A stretch of 64,000 nucleotides of DNA from Camelus ferus (lineage: Eukaryota), in NCBI RefSeq assembly GCF_009834535.1, contig NC_045696.1:11596001-11660000 (forward strand). The letters run 5' to 3'. Within the stretch, counting starts at the first letter, position 1, and every line of letters begins with the position of its first letter. A program made the position numbers and the translations under genes. Below, in pieces: positions 25,951-39,690 of this stretch. The notes under the pieces are model-generated. The model had not been told where the DNA came from. It saw nothing but the letters and a program-made list of their open reading frames with translations, and ran no database searches.

Positions 25951-26614
25951 GAAAGAGGTCCCAAACACTGTGCTCTAAAACACTGGTTAAATAAAATTTC
26001 CTAACAATTTGTTCCTAATTGGAGTTTCTCTAAAATTCTCTGTCAAAGGAAGAGTATAACCTGGTAACTAAAGGCCATTGGTTGTTCACACATCTATGTG
26101 AAGCACCTTAATCAAACATTACTCCAAATACTTAGGAGCTTTCACTGAAGGTGGGAAGGGAGGGGTGGCATTGGAGAAGCACCTAAAGAATAGGTTTTGG
26201 GGTAGGGGCTGCAGTAGGGGAGGGGCTTGACTCAGGCTGTGGTGACAGCCTCCCAGATAAACAAAACGTGTATTTAAGAACAGGCTTGGGAAGGTTTAAG
26301 TATTCATCTATTGTGTTTTAATAAAAGGGAGAGGGAGTGGGGTTGGGAGGGTAGAAAAGATGATGCAGGTAAGTAGCCCTGGGGGATTGGTTTTACTTAG
26401 CATAACTCATCTGTGGTCGTATTTTGCTTGGATTCCCCTCTAGCCCCGATTCTGAAATCACTGAGTCTCTGAGTGGAGTGACAATACTAAGGGGCTGTGG
26501 ATGGCACCTCCATGACAAAATAGCATGCTTTTGCTTTGATATGGTTCGTGGAATTATGTCAATAGATGGGATTTGAAAGTAAATGTTTTATTAGGGACAC
26601 AATGTGATTTGTGG

Positions 26615-27088
26615 TGTGAAATAAAATTCATATTTTATGGCAAGACAAGAAACATATAAACATAAAAAATTCTTCTCTGGCCTTTGGCCTTCTCTCTGCC
26701 CGACTGTGCACTGTGTACCCATATTACACGTGGACCAGAACTCCCCCATCAGCAGAAATAGGAACTCAGCCATAAAGAGCAACATTCTCCTAGCAGCAAC
26801 ACATAAAACATTATCCTTAAAAGATAACATTCCTTCTTGATCTTGGAAGGGGTCACGTGACCCACCAGGATGACGCTTAGACCTGGGTAATGTAAACAGT
26901 CAATAACACATCATTTGATGTACAGCCCTCAGTCTTGAAAAATTATATAACTGTGCCTGGATTTCTAACGAGCAGAACAGTTCTCAGAGCTTTCTGAGAT
27001 TGTTCTTCCTGGGTTATAATCCTTAAATTTGGCTCGAATAAAATTTTCCATTTCTTTCTTAGATCAACTGATTATTTTTTTGTCAACA
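26615..27088 (+). mobile_element. Solo LTR, ERV1-like (different family from 1395-2835)
   Basis: TG...CA termini, flanks gtgg/gtag, TATA-like 'tatataa' near 26944, AATAAA near 27037, ends 'tttttttgtcaaca'. Confidence 0.65.
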
Positions 27089-27149
27089 GTAGGTAATATC
27101 AGCTGGTGGTTAAGTATTTCATAGATTGTTCAGGTAGGGTGAAAAAGAG

Positions 27150-27900
27150 TGAAGGGCTTCCCTGAGCAGATGATGCTTAAGCTGAAAACTGGATGCATCA
27201 AAGGAGCTGACTGTGAGAAGACAGGGAGCCCATGTGTGCAGTGTCTAAGGCACGGGAAGGAGCATGTTGGGAGACAGTCTGCAAATGTAGGAAGGGTGTG
27301 ACCAGGTGGACTTTGTAAACCACGGAAAGGATCTTGGCTTTTGTTTTAAGTGCTATGGAGAAGCCTAGGTGGGTGGTGGGTGGATTAAGCAAGGTTGTGG
27401 CTGTGATGTGATTGTTTTTAAGAACAGTGTGTTTGAGGAACACTGGCTGTGGTTGAAAAGGACAAGGGAGGGGGCACGGGAAGCAGGATGAAGGTTCTTG
27501 GCAGAAGCGCAGGCCAGCAATCCTGGCGGCTCGTGCTTGGCTGGAAGCAGAGTGGGCGGAGAGAGGAAGGCAGAGTCGGGATGTGTCTCAGGAGAGTAGG
27601 CAGGACCTTTTTGGGATTAGTGAAAGACTGAAAAAGAGCTGAATCAAGGATTTGATGTTTTGGCCTGAGCAGCTGGGTGGATACTGGCGCCATTTATGGA
27701 AATGGGAAAGACCCAGGATGGAGTAATTGGTTATTTTTCTTTTGGAAGTGGTGAAGTGAGCAGATCAAGAGTTTATTTCAGCCCCATTAATTTTGAAATA
27801 CCTACTTGACATTGGGGAGGAATTCCAAGCAGGACATTGGAGATGCAGGTCTGAGATTCTAGAGAGAAGCCAGGCCTGGAGAGGCAGTCAAGCATCCCAT
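27150..27900 (+). mobile_element. L2 remnant
   Basis: 'tttggcctgagcagctgggtggatactggcgccatttatggaaatgggaaagac', 'agagagaagccaggcctggag'. Confidence 0.7.
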
Positions 27901-30900
27901 GTGTGTAGGTAACAAATACGCATTAACACAGCATCTTCCGGCTCACGGAGTACCTTCCGTGGGCCTCAGCTCACTAACCTCACAGCCGTCTTGTGAGGTA
28001 GTTAATGCTTCCACAATTTTACTGATTAATAATAACACTTTGTGTGTGTATCTCACTTTAGAGTTACCACACCACTTCCCCAAAGGCTCTTCCTGTCACA
28101 TTTTGCTCCTTTTAATCACACTGGGAAATAGAAGGCGTGGTGATGATGGCTGTGAGCACAGGATTATACCTGTCAAACTTACACCTGTAGAGGCATGCAG
28201 GTAACGACATGGGGTGTGCATACCTGTGCTTATTCTCTTGCGGGAAAAAAAAAAAAGGCAGTTGATTTTTTTTGTGACGGACATAAGAGCCCTCTGCTGT
28301 TCAGACTGGGCGTATCCATTAACTGAGGTTTTTTTTTCAGCTGAATAGTGTAAAAGTATTGAAACAGAGTTCTCTAATTTTTGTAAAATGCTCTTGGGCT
28401 AGAAATACTGTGCGATGACCACCAAACATTTTTAGAACAGTTTAGCTTGTCATAACTAACAATAGCTCTATATTATAGAATCCAATATTTTATTTTTCGA
28501 GAAAGCAACACTGAGTGAGAAAAACAAAGAGTTTTATGTTTGGGACTAACTTTTTTCCACCGCTAAATACCCAAATCCAGATATGGTCCTCACATAAAAG
28601 TAGCAACTGCATGGCTAAAAGAGGAATGAAAAGCACCTAAACCTTTATAATAGCTGTTGCATAGGAACGCCACGTGAAATCAGTAACTGAACAGCTCAAA
28701 ACATTTTTGAGAAACCTTGTCCTATTTACCAGTGTGCTTTACCAGTTCATAGGTAGAAGGGCATCTAAAGGGTGCTGATTTATAAAGGGAAAGGTATGAA
28801 AAAATAAAAATATAAAGGGAAAGGTATGAATTGGTCTTTGATGATGTAGAGGTTGTAGAAACAAGTGGTGAAGGGGATGCCGGACAGAAGAAATACCTTG
28901 AAGCCATGAGAATCCTAGGCCCTTGGGCTGGGACAGGAAGATGGAAGAGTGTTCCAGCTGGGCTGACTGAGGGTCTTCAGCACCAGCTGGGTTTGGCCTC
29001 CACCGGGTTGACAGTGGGGACCCCAGAATACTCATTCACCGGATGGTGACATACATGATCAGGTCTGAGCTTTACTGGAGGCTTCGGAAGGGGTACGTAG
29101 GGCAGTCAGAGCTGGGAAGGGGCAGGATAAATAATGGCCTTTAAGTGGCTCGTACAACCATCCATCAAAGAAATCACAAGGTCCTCAGCTAGGGTAGTGG
29201 TAACAGGAAAGAGAAGCCAGAATAAAACTGAAAGGAAGAAAGCAAAAAGGAGGAAAGATGGTTGGGAGAATGGAAGAACCACTACATTAACTATTACAAA
29301 GAAGACTTGGAAAATAATTGCCGTTTAAATCAACAACAAAACAACAAACATTGTGTACTTCTCAGGCCTACCTCTACGCACTGCATCTTCCTATACCTAG
29401 AGCTGACTGGCATGATTTCCCCAGGCCCATAGTTGCCCCTAGTCCTAGGACCCATTCTAATCTTAGACTGGTGCCAGTTAAGTATCAGCTGAGAGCATTC
29501 CCACCCGTAGGGGGACGTTTGAATATGCATGAGAACATCTTTCATTGCAAAAATGATTAAGGGTGGTTACTGACATTTAGGAACCAGAGATGAAAACATC
29601 CTGAAATATTTAGGAAAGGCCACACAATACAGAATTGAACCATGTGTAACCAGTAGACCCATCGCTGAGGAACTCGGCACAATCTCCCTGCCGCAATCCC
29701 CTTTGATAAACAGGCATTTGCTGTGTTCTCTGTAGCATCTCCCACAAGACTGGATGTATCCAGAGACCTATGAACACAAAGCTTTAACACTCAATTCCTG
29801 CTGCAAACATTTGATATTCTGCCAAGATCACTCGAGTCACACTGCCTGCTTTCTCCATATTTTGAGAAGTTACCAAGTACCTAGTACTGTAGTCACAGCT
29901 GGTGGCCTAGAGAGGCAGGAAAGTAACCCCAAGTTTAGTCCCTGCCCACAAGGAATTTAACACCCCTCTGAGGAATAAAAGCCTAGCCCACAAAAGAAAC
30001 CCTTAAAGCAAACTGGATTGATATGTGTCAGTATATAAATCAGAGTTGAAGTTCTTAATACAAACCAGGATTTTAGTGGTTCAGAGGAGAAGGGAATAAT
30101 GAAAACTGGAAAAGAGGAGGGGTGACTAGACAAATGCTCATCAATAATTCCCAAAGTGGGTTCCCTGGAGCACTTGTCCAATGGAACAGCAAGTATCATT
30201 AGTGGGGTGGGGTGGGGGTCTGGGCTTAAATAAGTTTGGGAATTGCTGGGCTGAGCAGAGTTAATCAGGTTTCTTTATTCCAGGACCTCTTAGATTGTCT
30301 AATAACTGATAACTGTTGTCTTCTCTGAGAGTGGGTTTTCATCTTCAAAGTTTGCTCCATTTATTTGAACATGGCACTCTTTCTCTCTCTCTCTCCCCTC
30401 CCCTCCCCACCACCTTTTTTTTTTTTTTTCAACCAAGGATTTCATGGTCCTGGGGTTGTATGGCCATAATCTTGGGAAAGACCATTCTAATCAGAGCACC
30501 AGACACATGGAGGCATTGGGTGGGAGAGGTGGGACCATGCATGAAATAGTGAGAAGACAGGCATAACCAAGGAGGAGGGGAAAGCTGGGGCAGTGGGGGG
30601 CAGCAACCAGCAATATTTAAACTCTTCCATCAGACCGTAAAGGTTCAAGTACTACCTCTGCCGTCTACAAGCCACGTGAACTTGAGCACGTGACTTCGCC
30701 TTGCTGGGCCTCAGCTTCCTCCTATGTAAAATGTGGTTAATAATAGTATCTGTCTTGTAGCATTGTTACCAGGATTAAGTAGAGTAAAACAATTAAAAAG
30801 TACTTAGGACTGGTCCTGACCTAGGATGAAATCATTGTAGGCCAATGTTACGAGGCTGGAGGGGCCAGACTTGAAGGGTCTTTCAGTTGGACAGAGAGAT

Positions 30901-32646
30901 GTAGGTGCTATGGGAAAAAAAATAGTTTCAAAAAGGTTGTTTATTTATACATGTTCCTATTACTAAATATTACATACAAAATAAAGAATATATGTATATA
31001 CATGTAGGTGTGAGTGCGTGTGAGCAGTAGATGCAAGATTTAAAGAATTATAAAATAAAGACCCATTACCCAGCTAAAGAAATGGAAGCTCACCAACACA
31101 ACTACCCTCACAAAGCCCTCCCCCGTCTCTCTCCTTCCCTCCCCGTCAAAGGGAACTGCCGGTCTGATCTGGGCAGTCATCATTCCATCTTTTATCTTAG
31201 TAGTTTAACTACCTCTGCATTTCCCCTATATACATTAGTCAGTTTGCTGATTCCTTAACACTATATAAAGGCAGTCACACTGTACTTATTTTCCTGTGAC
31301 TTTCTTTTTTTGTTCAACTTTTCATGACCCTTAGAATGGACCTGACAGTCTGCATGGCTTGCAGAAAAGCAACTAGTTAAAAATTGGAAATTCTAATATA
31401 TTTCCCTGGATCTGTTAAAAAGCATCTGGACCCAGGCAAGGTAGTTTGCATCTTCAAACCTCATCCTTCTCGTCTCTAAGTTGGGCATTATTATCGGCCC
31501 CAGGAGAACTGTTATGTGGCATAACAAGTAGTTAGTGGCAAAGGGCCCATGGCACCTATAAATCCAGATGTCAGCATTCAGTGGTACGAACAGGTGATGC
31601 TCACATTAGGGTGGAAGTGGGATCGAACGTGATTGGCGTAAATCGTGCTTCCCTGCTACAGCTTGAATCTCACTAAATTTTAAACCAGTTAGTTCCATAT
31701 TTTCCCAGACCACTGGTTTCCCTGGCCTCCTGCACAACTAAACAGGACAGCCCCCGGACCAGTAGGAGGGTTTCCTGAGAGGTCACACCTCCCTGGGCAG
31801 GACCGGCCAGCATCCCACTGGAAAGCCATGGCCTCATCTTCATCATCCATCAAATCTTGCTTAACCCAGCACAAACAAGACCAAAACTCATCCCTCTGGC
31901 TGCCTCCTGCCTTGGGGCAGTGTCAAGTGCATGGAAAGAAGTGCTGATCCCAGCAGGGGGTGACCGAAAGAATTGTTACAATGCCCTCTTCTCATTAAAA
32001 GTAAAATGTGTTACGAAGCAGGTACAAATCATTAGCGGTCCAAATACAGACAACTGATGCAGGTAGGTGTTCTGATATGGCCTAACTGGGGTGCTTTTGG
32101 AATAGCAGTGAGCCTCTAATTTGTGAACCACTGCAGCGCAAAACTGAGGACCAACAAATGGTCTCTGAGAGGGACTGCAGAACCCTCTCACCATATACCC
32201 GAGGAGGGCAGGACCAGGAGGCTCCCTGAAGCATGTGGGTATATCCTAAACCACCCAGGAACAATCCAAACATCAAAACATAGTAAAGGAATAGATTAAT
32301 AAAAATGTGATATATCCATAGGGTAGAATTCTAGGCAGCAATAGAAAGACTAGCTAGATCTCTCTCTTTCTCTCTCTCTCTCTCTCTGTGTTTGTTTGTG
32401 TGTGCGTTTGGTTGGCTCTCAAAAATACAGTATTGAGTGAAAGAAGTAAGTTTCTAAATGAATATTCAGTATAGTATCATGTATTTTATAAACACATAAT
32501 GTTCACAGAAAATATATTTAAAGGTATGCAATATATATTTTTAATGGGCCAGAAGGATCCTTGGCAAATTTATAGCACAGATTATCTTAGAAGAAGGAGA
32601 GGATACTGGAACTGGAGAAGGACTTGCATTCAATCTGCAATGTTTT

Positions 32647-32797
32647 TTTGTTTGTTTATTTGTTTTGTTTTAATTTTTTTATTTTATTTTGGAGGGAGGA
32701 AATTGGGTTTATTGTTTTTAACTGAGGTACTGGGGATTGAACCTAGGACCTCACACAAGCTAAGCATGCACTCTACCACTGAGCTCTACCCTCCCCC
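32647..32797 (-). mobile_element. tRNA-derived SINE (vic-1-like)
   Basis: SINE head on the minus strand; TSD caatctgcaatgtttt / caatctgaaatgtttt. Confidence 0.9.
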
Positions 32798-34809
32798 CAA
32801 TCTGAAATGTTTTATTTGTTATATTAAAACAAGAAGACAAAGCACATATCTTACGGTTAACCATTGTTCATCTTGGTGATGAGAGGAGAGACAGGAAGAA
32901 GGAGCCAACCACTTTCATTTGGCAGACAGGGCTCTGGACATCCAATCCACAAGGAGCGTCTTCCTGCCCTCCCCGCCACATTGTGAATGGGGAGGAGTCT
33001 GTTCCCTCCACTGCACAGGCTCCCAGCATCACGCCCAAACAGGATGCTTAATGTAGCTCCCACTCCATTCCCCCTCCAGCTGAAAGCTTTGCTTCTCCCA
33101 TCTCCCTCCTCAAGGCCACAGACAACAACCGTGCAGCAGGGACCCCTGTGATGTCAGCCCAGGAGAGTCACAGAAGTGTCTTATAGGCCAATGCCACGCC
33201 CCTTCCTGGTAGCATGTTTACCGATAAAGCTGAAATTTACCAACAGAAGAGAAAAGCAACAAACATTAATTATCAGGCCAAGGGCAAATCACAGTCCTTG
33301 TGGCACCTGCGAGGGTCACTGTCGCTGTGTCCAGTTACCCAGCTTAGAAGAAAGTTCCCTCAGTTCAACCTGACCTTGGTTAGGGGAGACTTGTCCCTTC
33401 CCACTCTGCCCATCTCTTTTCACCCAAAGGAGCCTGAGTCCCAAGCGTCTGTCCAGCACATTTGGACCGCTGGAAGCTTCATGCTTCTGCCTCCTCCGCT
33501 TGGGGCTAAGGACTCTGCTCCCTCCACACTGTGCCCTTGTCCCTGTCCCCTCGCAGCCCACAAGATCGTCCTACACCCCCTCCTCTACTCCCTGCCCCTT
33601 CCCAGCCTCCAGACATCCTTCTTGTTTGGGATCAGAGAGTTTGTCTCTGGGCTTCAGCATCCAGATCTTTCTTTCATCCAGGTCAGTGGTATCCCTTTCT
33701 GCTATGAGTCCTTGGGGCAACCTTATCAGGCAGGAAGGAAAATATCCAGAAAACCAACTGTTTCTCTGCTCTGACGGAGACCCTGGCTCCCTGCCAGTTA
33801 GCTGGGTTGATCCTTCCACACTCTTGGGAAGTGGATTTTGCTATTATTCCTATTTGGCAGATGAGGAAACTAGGGCTTTGAGTTGACCCCATGCCTGTAA
33901 TCACTAAGGAAAAGTTCCATCTCTTTCCTTCCTCCTCCCTCCAAGTCTTTTGAGACAGAGAACTGGGAAGGAGAGAAGGAACACAAGAGGCATGCACGGG
34001 AGAGAGCAAGGGTCAGGGGGGTATTTTAGGCACTGGAGGTGGTGGTGGTGGTGAAAACAGCACCTGTGTTGTACATTTGCTGTGAATGGGAGCAAGGAAG
34101 GGGGATTTTCAGAGCTGCTGTTGGGTGATTATGAGTTCCCTGGAGTTCAAGAAATAGATGAAACAAATCTGAGTTATCTTGAAATGATGTTTGGTTATTT
34201 AGCCTGTCTTGTTTTGAAGGCAACAACATACTATAGCTGATCCATGAGGTTCTTACCTTTATAAGCTTCATAGTAGTGAGTAAGGGCCAGGATCTGGCCT
34301 GAGACCCCTGGGCTCTGGCACCCTGTCCTTTCCACTGGCCCGAGGTGCCTGTCCCACTGTTCTCACAGCCCGGACCCAGACCTGGGGTGAGTGGGCTCTT
34401 GAAGAGCCCATCAGTTAATGCTCAGCCTCTGATGTGCAGTGAGGCCTGTGCAGCTCCTGCTGGGGGCTGGGGGCTCTCCTGCAGGGGTGCAGTGGGCCTT
34501 AGCTACAGCATCCTCTCTGCTGGAGAAAATCCACCCTGTGTCCTGAGCCTCTGCCTGCCCCTGCACCACACTACTTCCTCCTCAAGGTCACCACCCGACC
34601 AGCGAGGGGCCATGGAAACAGGATGGGACGAGGACGCTTCTCACTGAGACTGTGGGTAAGCAAAAAGCCAGAGAAGAGAGTAGAACTTAGAAATATGGAG
34701 AAATAAGAGGCCAGGGACCAAGATGACCGAAGGGGAATCTGAGGAACCAGAAGCAGGTCCCAAAGCGTGCCATTCTGGTAAGCCTGGCATCCCGTCACCC
34801 ATCCGTCTC

Positions 34810-35375
34810 TTCATTCATTCATTCACTCACTCGTTCATTCACTCTACAAATGAGTCAGGCACTAAACCATGTGCCGGGAGCACTGTGGAAAAGTTCACCG
34901 TGCTCCTAGTCCTTGAAGTGCTCACACAGCGGTGGAGGTCAGACATCAAACAGCCCCATTTATAACATAAGGGCAAACAGTGGTAAGTGCTGCAAAGCAA
35001 AACAAGTTTGAGCGAGGGGACAAAGACACCTGGAGTGAGGCTGGCTCCTTCAGCTTGAGTGGTCAGGAAAGGTCTCTGAGAAGGTGATGTGGCCGCTTGG
35101 ATAAAAAGAGAGGGTGTTCCAGGCAGAGGGAATAGCAGGTGCGAAGGCCCTGAGGCAGGACGTTGCTAAGGAACTCTGAGAAACCAGTGTTGCTGACCCA
35201 CAGGGAGCAAGGAAAAGAGTGTCAGAAAATGAGAAAAAGGAAACAGCAAAGCTTAGACCATTGGGCCTTTGTCGGCCAATATAAGGACAGATTCTTTTGT
35301 TTTTAAGTGAATTGGTAATCCACTGAAGTTTTAAGCAGGAGAGTGTCATGATCTCATTTTTCTTTTAAAAGGTAG
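34810..35375 (+). mobile_element. L2 3' remnant
   Basis: 'ttcattcattcattca' terminus; 'ggtcaggaaaggtctctgagaaggtgatg', 'gttccaggcagagggaatagcaggtgcgaaggccctgagg'. Strand is nominal. Confidence 0.7.
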
Positions 35376-36941
35376 TGCTACCCTGGCCACGCTCAAGTCG
35401 GCTGGGCCCTCTTTTGAGTCCCAGAGCCAGAGATCTCTGAAACTAATCCATTTCTCAGCCCTCTTCCTAGATTCAAATCTTCTTTCTTCCCTTCCCAGCT
35501 GTTTGCCCCATTTTTCTTGTGCATCGATTCACACTTCCAGCCCCCAAGCCTGCCAGCTCCAAGATGTACTCCTACAACACCTCTGTCTCCTATCTGTCAA
35601 CGTCAGGCCCAGGAGACCCAGCAAAAGTCACAAAAGGCCTATTTGCATCTCCCCCACAACAGGAGAGCAAAAATGGGGCATAGCTGTAATTAAACAAATA
35701 ATTGGAGGTAGGAAGCTCTAAAGCAAAAAGAGAAGGGAAAATTATACTGACACAACTAAATATAGATTCTGCTGTGGGCCATCTTGCTGAGGTGCAGACT
35801 TTTACAGCAGGTGTTCAGTTTTGGTTAAGACCCTTTGCAATCATTCTTAAGCTGTACAGCAAGGGGCCCTGAGGAAGAGAGCCCCACCAGTCACATCACA
35901 GATGGGGAGCTTGAGAAGCAGGGGGGTGAAGTAGCTCACCTACTGGTCACACACGGCTGCTGAGCGCCAGGGCTCAGCTCCATCCAGGCTCGTGACAACA
36001 ACCAAGGCCTTTTTCGACAACCCTACGTTGTCTCTCAGCAAAGATTATGAAAGACTGAACAACAATAAAATAAGCTTATGCAACACTTCCCCCGGATGCA
36101 AATTAAGAAACTGATTTCAGGAACAGAAACTTTGTTATGGTTTGCCTACCTACAAACAGCACAGCAGAGAAAGTTCAATACTTAAAATAGAAGAAAATAA
36201 AAGAAGAAAATGGTCTCTTGTGTGACTGGGAGCATTATTTCTGCTCTGAATACTGTGGGGGTTGCCTGAGAAAAATCTTACACTCAAACCTAGAAATGTC
36301 GAAGTCTGATGTAAACTTCTCCAATATACCAAAAAATAGCCACTATTTGCGGAGTTTACTAGTTTACAAAACAAAGTCAGCGTAAACATCCGCTCATTTA
36401 GTCGTCACAATAATCCTGAGAGGGCCTGAAAATCAGTATTGTTATCTGCATTCCATAGCTGAGGAGACTGAGGCTCAGAGAAGTAAATGACTTCCTAAAA
36501 TCAGGCAGCTGAGCCTTGAACCTCAGGCTGCTGAATTCTTTTCATTAGGTACAGAAGGAGGAAACACAAGCTTGAAGTTAACAAGATGTGGATTTGAATT
36601 CTAACTTTGTTACTCACCACACCGAGGCCTTGGTTGATGCATCCACAAAGCAGGGAGAATAACCCCTACATCGTGTGAATTAAATGAAGAAGTGTATAAA
36701 AAGCACCCTGCTCAGTGCCTGACACAATGTAGGTCTCTGTTATTAATATTTACAGTTTCTTTTTACGCATCTCAATGTATACCCTTTCCAGCTATTCTTT
36801 GCAAGACACGTGACTGAAAGATACAGAAGGGAGATGTCTTTTTTAATGATCTCACTCCTTCATTCATTGGCCTGGTTCCTTATTGAGAAAAATATCGGCG
36901 TGGTATAAGCAAAGATTCACCTATCAAAAGAATCAATCGAA

Positions 36942-37080
36942 GGGGAGGGCATAGCTCAGTGGCAGAGCGTGTGCTTAGCATCCACAAGGTCCTGGGTTCA
37001 ATCCTCAGTCCCTCCATTAATATAAACAAACAAACAAACAAACAAACCTAATCATCTCCCTCGCCGCTCAAAAAAAAAAA
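36942..37080 (+). mobile_element. tRNA-derived SINE (vic-1-like)
   Basis: A/B boxes; (CAAA)n and poly-A tail; TSD aatcaatcga/aatcagtcga. Confidence 0.9.
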
Positions 37081-37290
37081 AATCAGTCGATGGGGTCACC
37101 AGAAGGTAAATGTGAAGGAGAAGAGGGCCAGCACTTCATTCATTTATACAATAAATATTAATGAAGTGTCTGTGATAAGCTGAGCTTTAGGGGGACCATG
37201 GTGAACCAGGTAGGGACAGCCCTGTGCTCAGGGAATTACAGCTACAGGGAAGACAAACATCAAGCAAGTCATTTGAATCACCGACATCAT

Positions 37291-37628
37291 TGTCTTAGTC
37301 TCAAGCTGCTATAACAAAATACCACAGACTGAGGGTTAGAAACAACAGAAATTTATTTCTCATACTTCTACAGGCTGGAAGGTCTAAGATCAAGGTGCTG
37401 GCAGATTCCGTGTCTGGTGAGAACCTGCTCCCTGGTTCATAGAGGGCTGCTTTCTCACTATGTCCTCACACTGTGGAAGGGGAGAGGGAGCTCTCTAGGG
37501 TCTCTTTTATAAGGATACAATTCCATGACTTAATCACCTCCCAAAGGCCCTACCTTTAATGCCATTACCTTGAGGGTTAGAATTTCAACATACAAATGGT
37601 AGGGGGACACCACCATTCAGACCACAGA
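37291..37628 (-). mobile_element. MLT1A-like MaLR LTR
   Basis: 'gctgctataacaaaataccacagactg...tctaagatcaaggtgctggcagattccgtgtctggtgag...ccattcagaccacag'. Confidence 0.8.
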
Positions 37629-37949
37629 AATGACTTAGATACCTCTGGTCCCTTGGCAATTTGAGGGTTCAGAAATAGCACACAAATGGAGCTCTTTCCT
37701 CCCCTCTGCTTCCTCCACTTATGTGCGAAATCATCTCCAGTTAATGAGCATCAAATCTAAGCAGAGAAAATAATTCAGTCTTTAGTGACTCCCATCACTG
37801 CTGCTTGCATTCCACTGCTGAGAATTAATCACATGACTGTATTGGTCTGAGCCGTGACTTTCCACACCAGGGAGGGGGGAGCATGAATTTCTGGTGGTCA
37901 ACTGACCACCTCTGTCGCTACTAGAAAGAAGGCCAAACATCAGTAATTA

Positions 37950-39690
37950 ATTATAACACCTAATGAAAGTAACATAAAAATCAAATATAAGGATGTGGAA
38001 AGAGAAAAAGGCACATGCCAGGTACATATTAATATTCACTTCACACAAAATAAAATTCAGAATGAAAAGCACTAAAAGGAATGTAGCATAGTTATAAAAT
38101 TACCACCTACCAAATATGCCATAAACTTTTATGAACCTAAAAATCTTGGCCTCAAAATATAGAAAGCAAACCCTGATGGAAATGCAAGGAGACATTGACA
38201 AGTTCTCATAATGGGTGACTTTAAACACATGTCTCAGAAGTTGGCTGATCAATTATTACAAAAATGAATAAGGCTTGAGAAATCCTGACTAATAAAATTA
38301 GCAATTACAATTTAATAGATATATGGAAAGAAATACTTTTAACATAACAGAGATTATACAATCTTTTCAAAATTTCATGAGACATTCTCCAAGTGTCTTA
38401 GGTTACAAAAGAAATCACACCAAAACCCCAAAAGGGAAACCCTGACAGTACATATTCATGAACTATAATGGAATAAATTAGAAAATAATAGCAGAAAGAT
38501 AACCAACAAAAATCAATCCTCTTAGATATTTTACAGTCCTCTGCTAACTAAGTCACAGTTTTGAAAGGAAATAAAACTGGGAATAACAAGCTATTTAGAA
38601 TCACAAGAGCACTACATACATATCAAAGCCCATGGGCTTCAATAAAGCAGCATTCAAAGGAAAAAGATAGAGCTTTAAACACATATAGTAGAAAAACAGA
38701 AAGGCTGAAAATAAATGAATCAACCAAGTTTCCAACTCAAGAAGCTGGGGGGAGATGGGGAGAAGAGAGAGAAAAAAGAAATCTGAAGAAAGTTGAAGGA
38801 AGGAACAACGGGGGAAGATAAAAGTAGAAGTTAAAAATTAAAAAACAGAAGACAATAGAATTGAGTAACTAGTTCTTTGAAAGAATTAATGGAAAGACAA
38901 ATCTTTGGCATGCTTATAAAAAGAACAAAACAAGGTAAAATATCAAGGCAAAAATTGTAAGAATGTTGACCTTCATGGCAAGCATTCTGAAAATCTCTAG
39001 ATGAAATAACTAACTTCCTAGGAAATATTAAGTGTAACGATTAATCCAAGGAAAGGTAGGAAACTTGAATAGAATCTCAACCATAAGAGAAATTGAAGGG
39101 CTATTCAAAGATCTACCTAAAATAGGCATCAAGTCAGAGGGCATTTCAGGTAGATTCTACCAGACCTTTAGAGGAGAGAGAATTCTATATACAGTTTTTT
39201 CAGAACCTGGAAAAGACAAGAAGCCTACCTAATCCTTTCACAGGTTTCATGTAACACTGATCTCTTTCTCTCTCTCTCTCCACATATATGTATATATATG
39301 ATATATATGATATATATATATATATATCACTAATAAAGATACAGAATTCCATATCCAGCAGTATATTAAAGGAATAATTAAAAAACTGCCATTCTAGGAA
39401 TGTAAAGATGTTTCAATCCTTAAGAATCTATCAAAGAGATGAAAGTAGGAAAACCATATGATTGTATTAACAGACTTTTTACAGGCATTTGCTAAAATTC
39501 AGCACCAACTCATGACAGCAAATCAAGAGAAGAAATGTCTAAAAACTGATACAGTATGTTAGTAACTTAAGCAAGAGCCACTTTATGGGTCAAATATCAT
39601 AAATCCCTCCCATAAAAATCAAAGATAAGACAAGATTCCTATTCAGTATTGTACTGCAGGTACTAGAAAATACACTAAGAACAGAAAAGC
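37950..39690 (+). mobile_element. Old, decayed L1 ORF2 fragment
   Basis: A-rich strand bias; recognisable L1 segments 'tagttctttgaaaagaattaat', 'gattctaccagacctttagagg', 'atccagcagtatattaaaggaataat', 'aaaattcagcaccaactcatga'. Confidence 0.8.

Noticed and set aside
33214..33886. 186-aa and 128-aa ORFs
   Set aside because: No recognisable domain or supported splice structure; consistent with chance ORFs.
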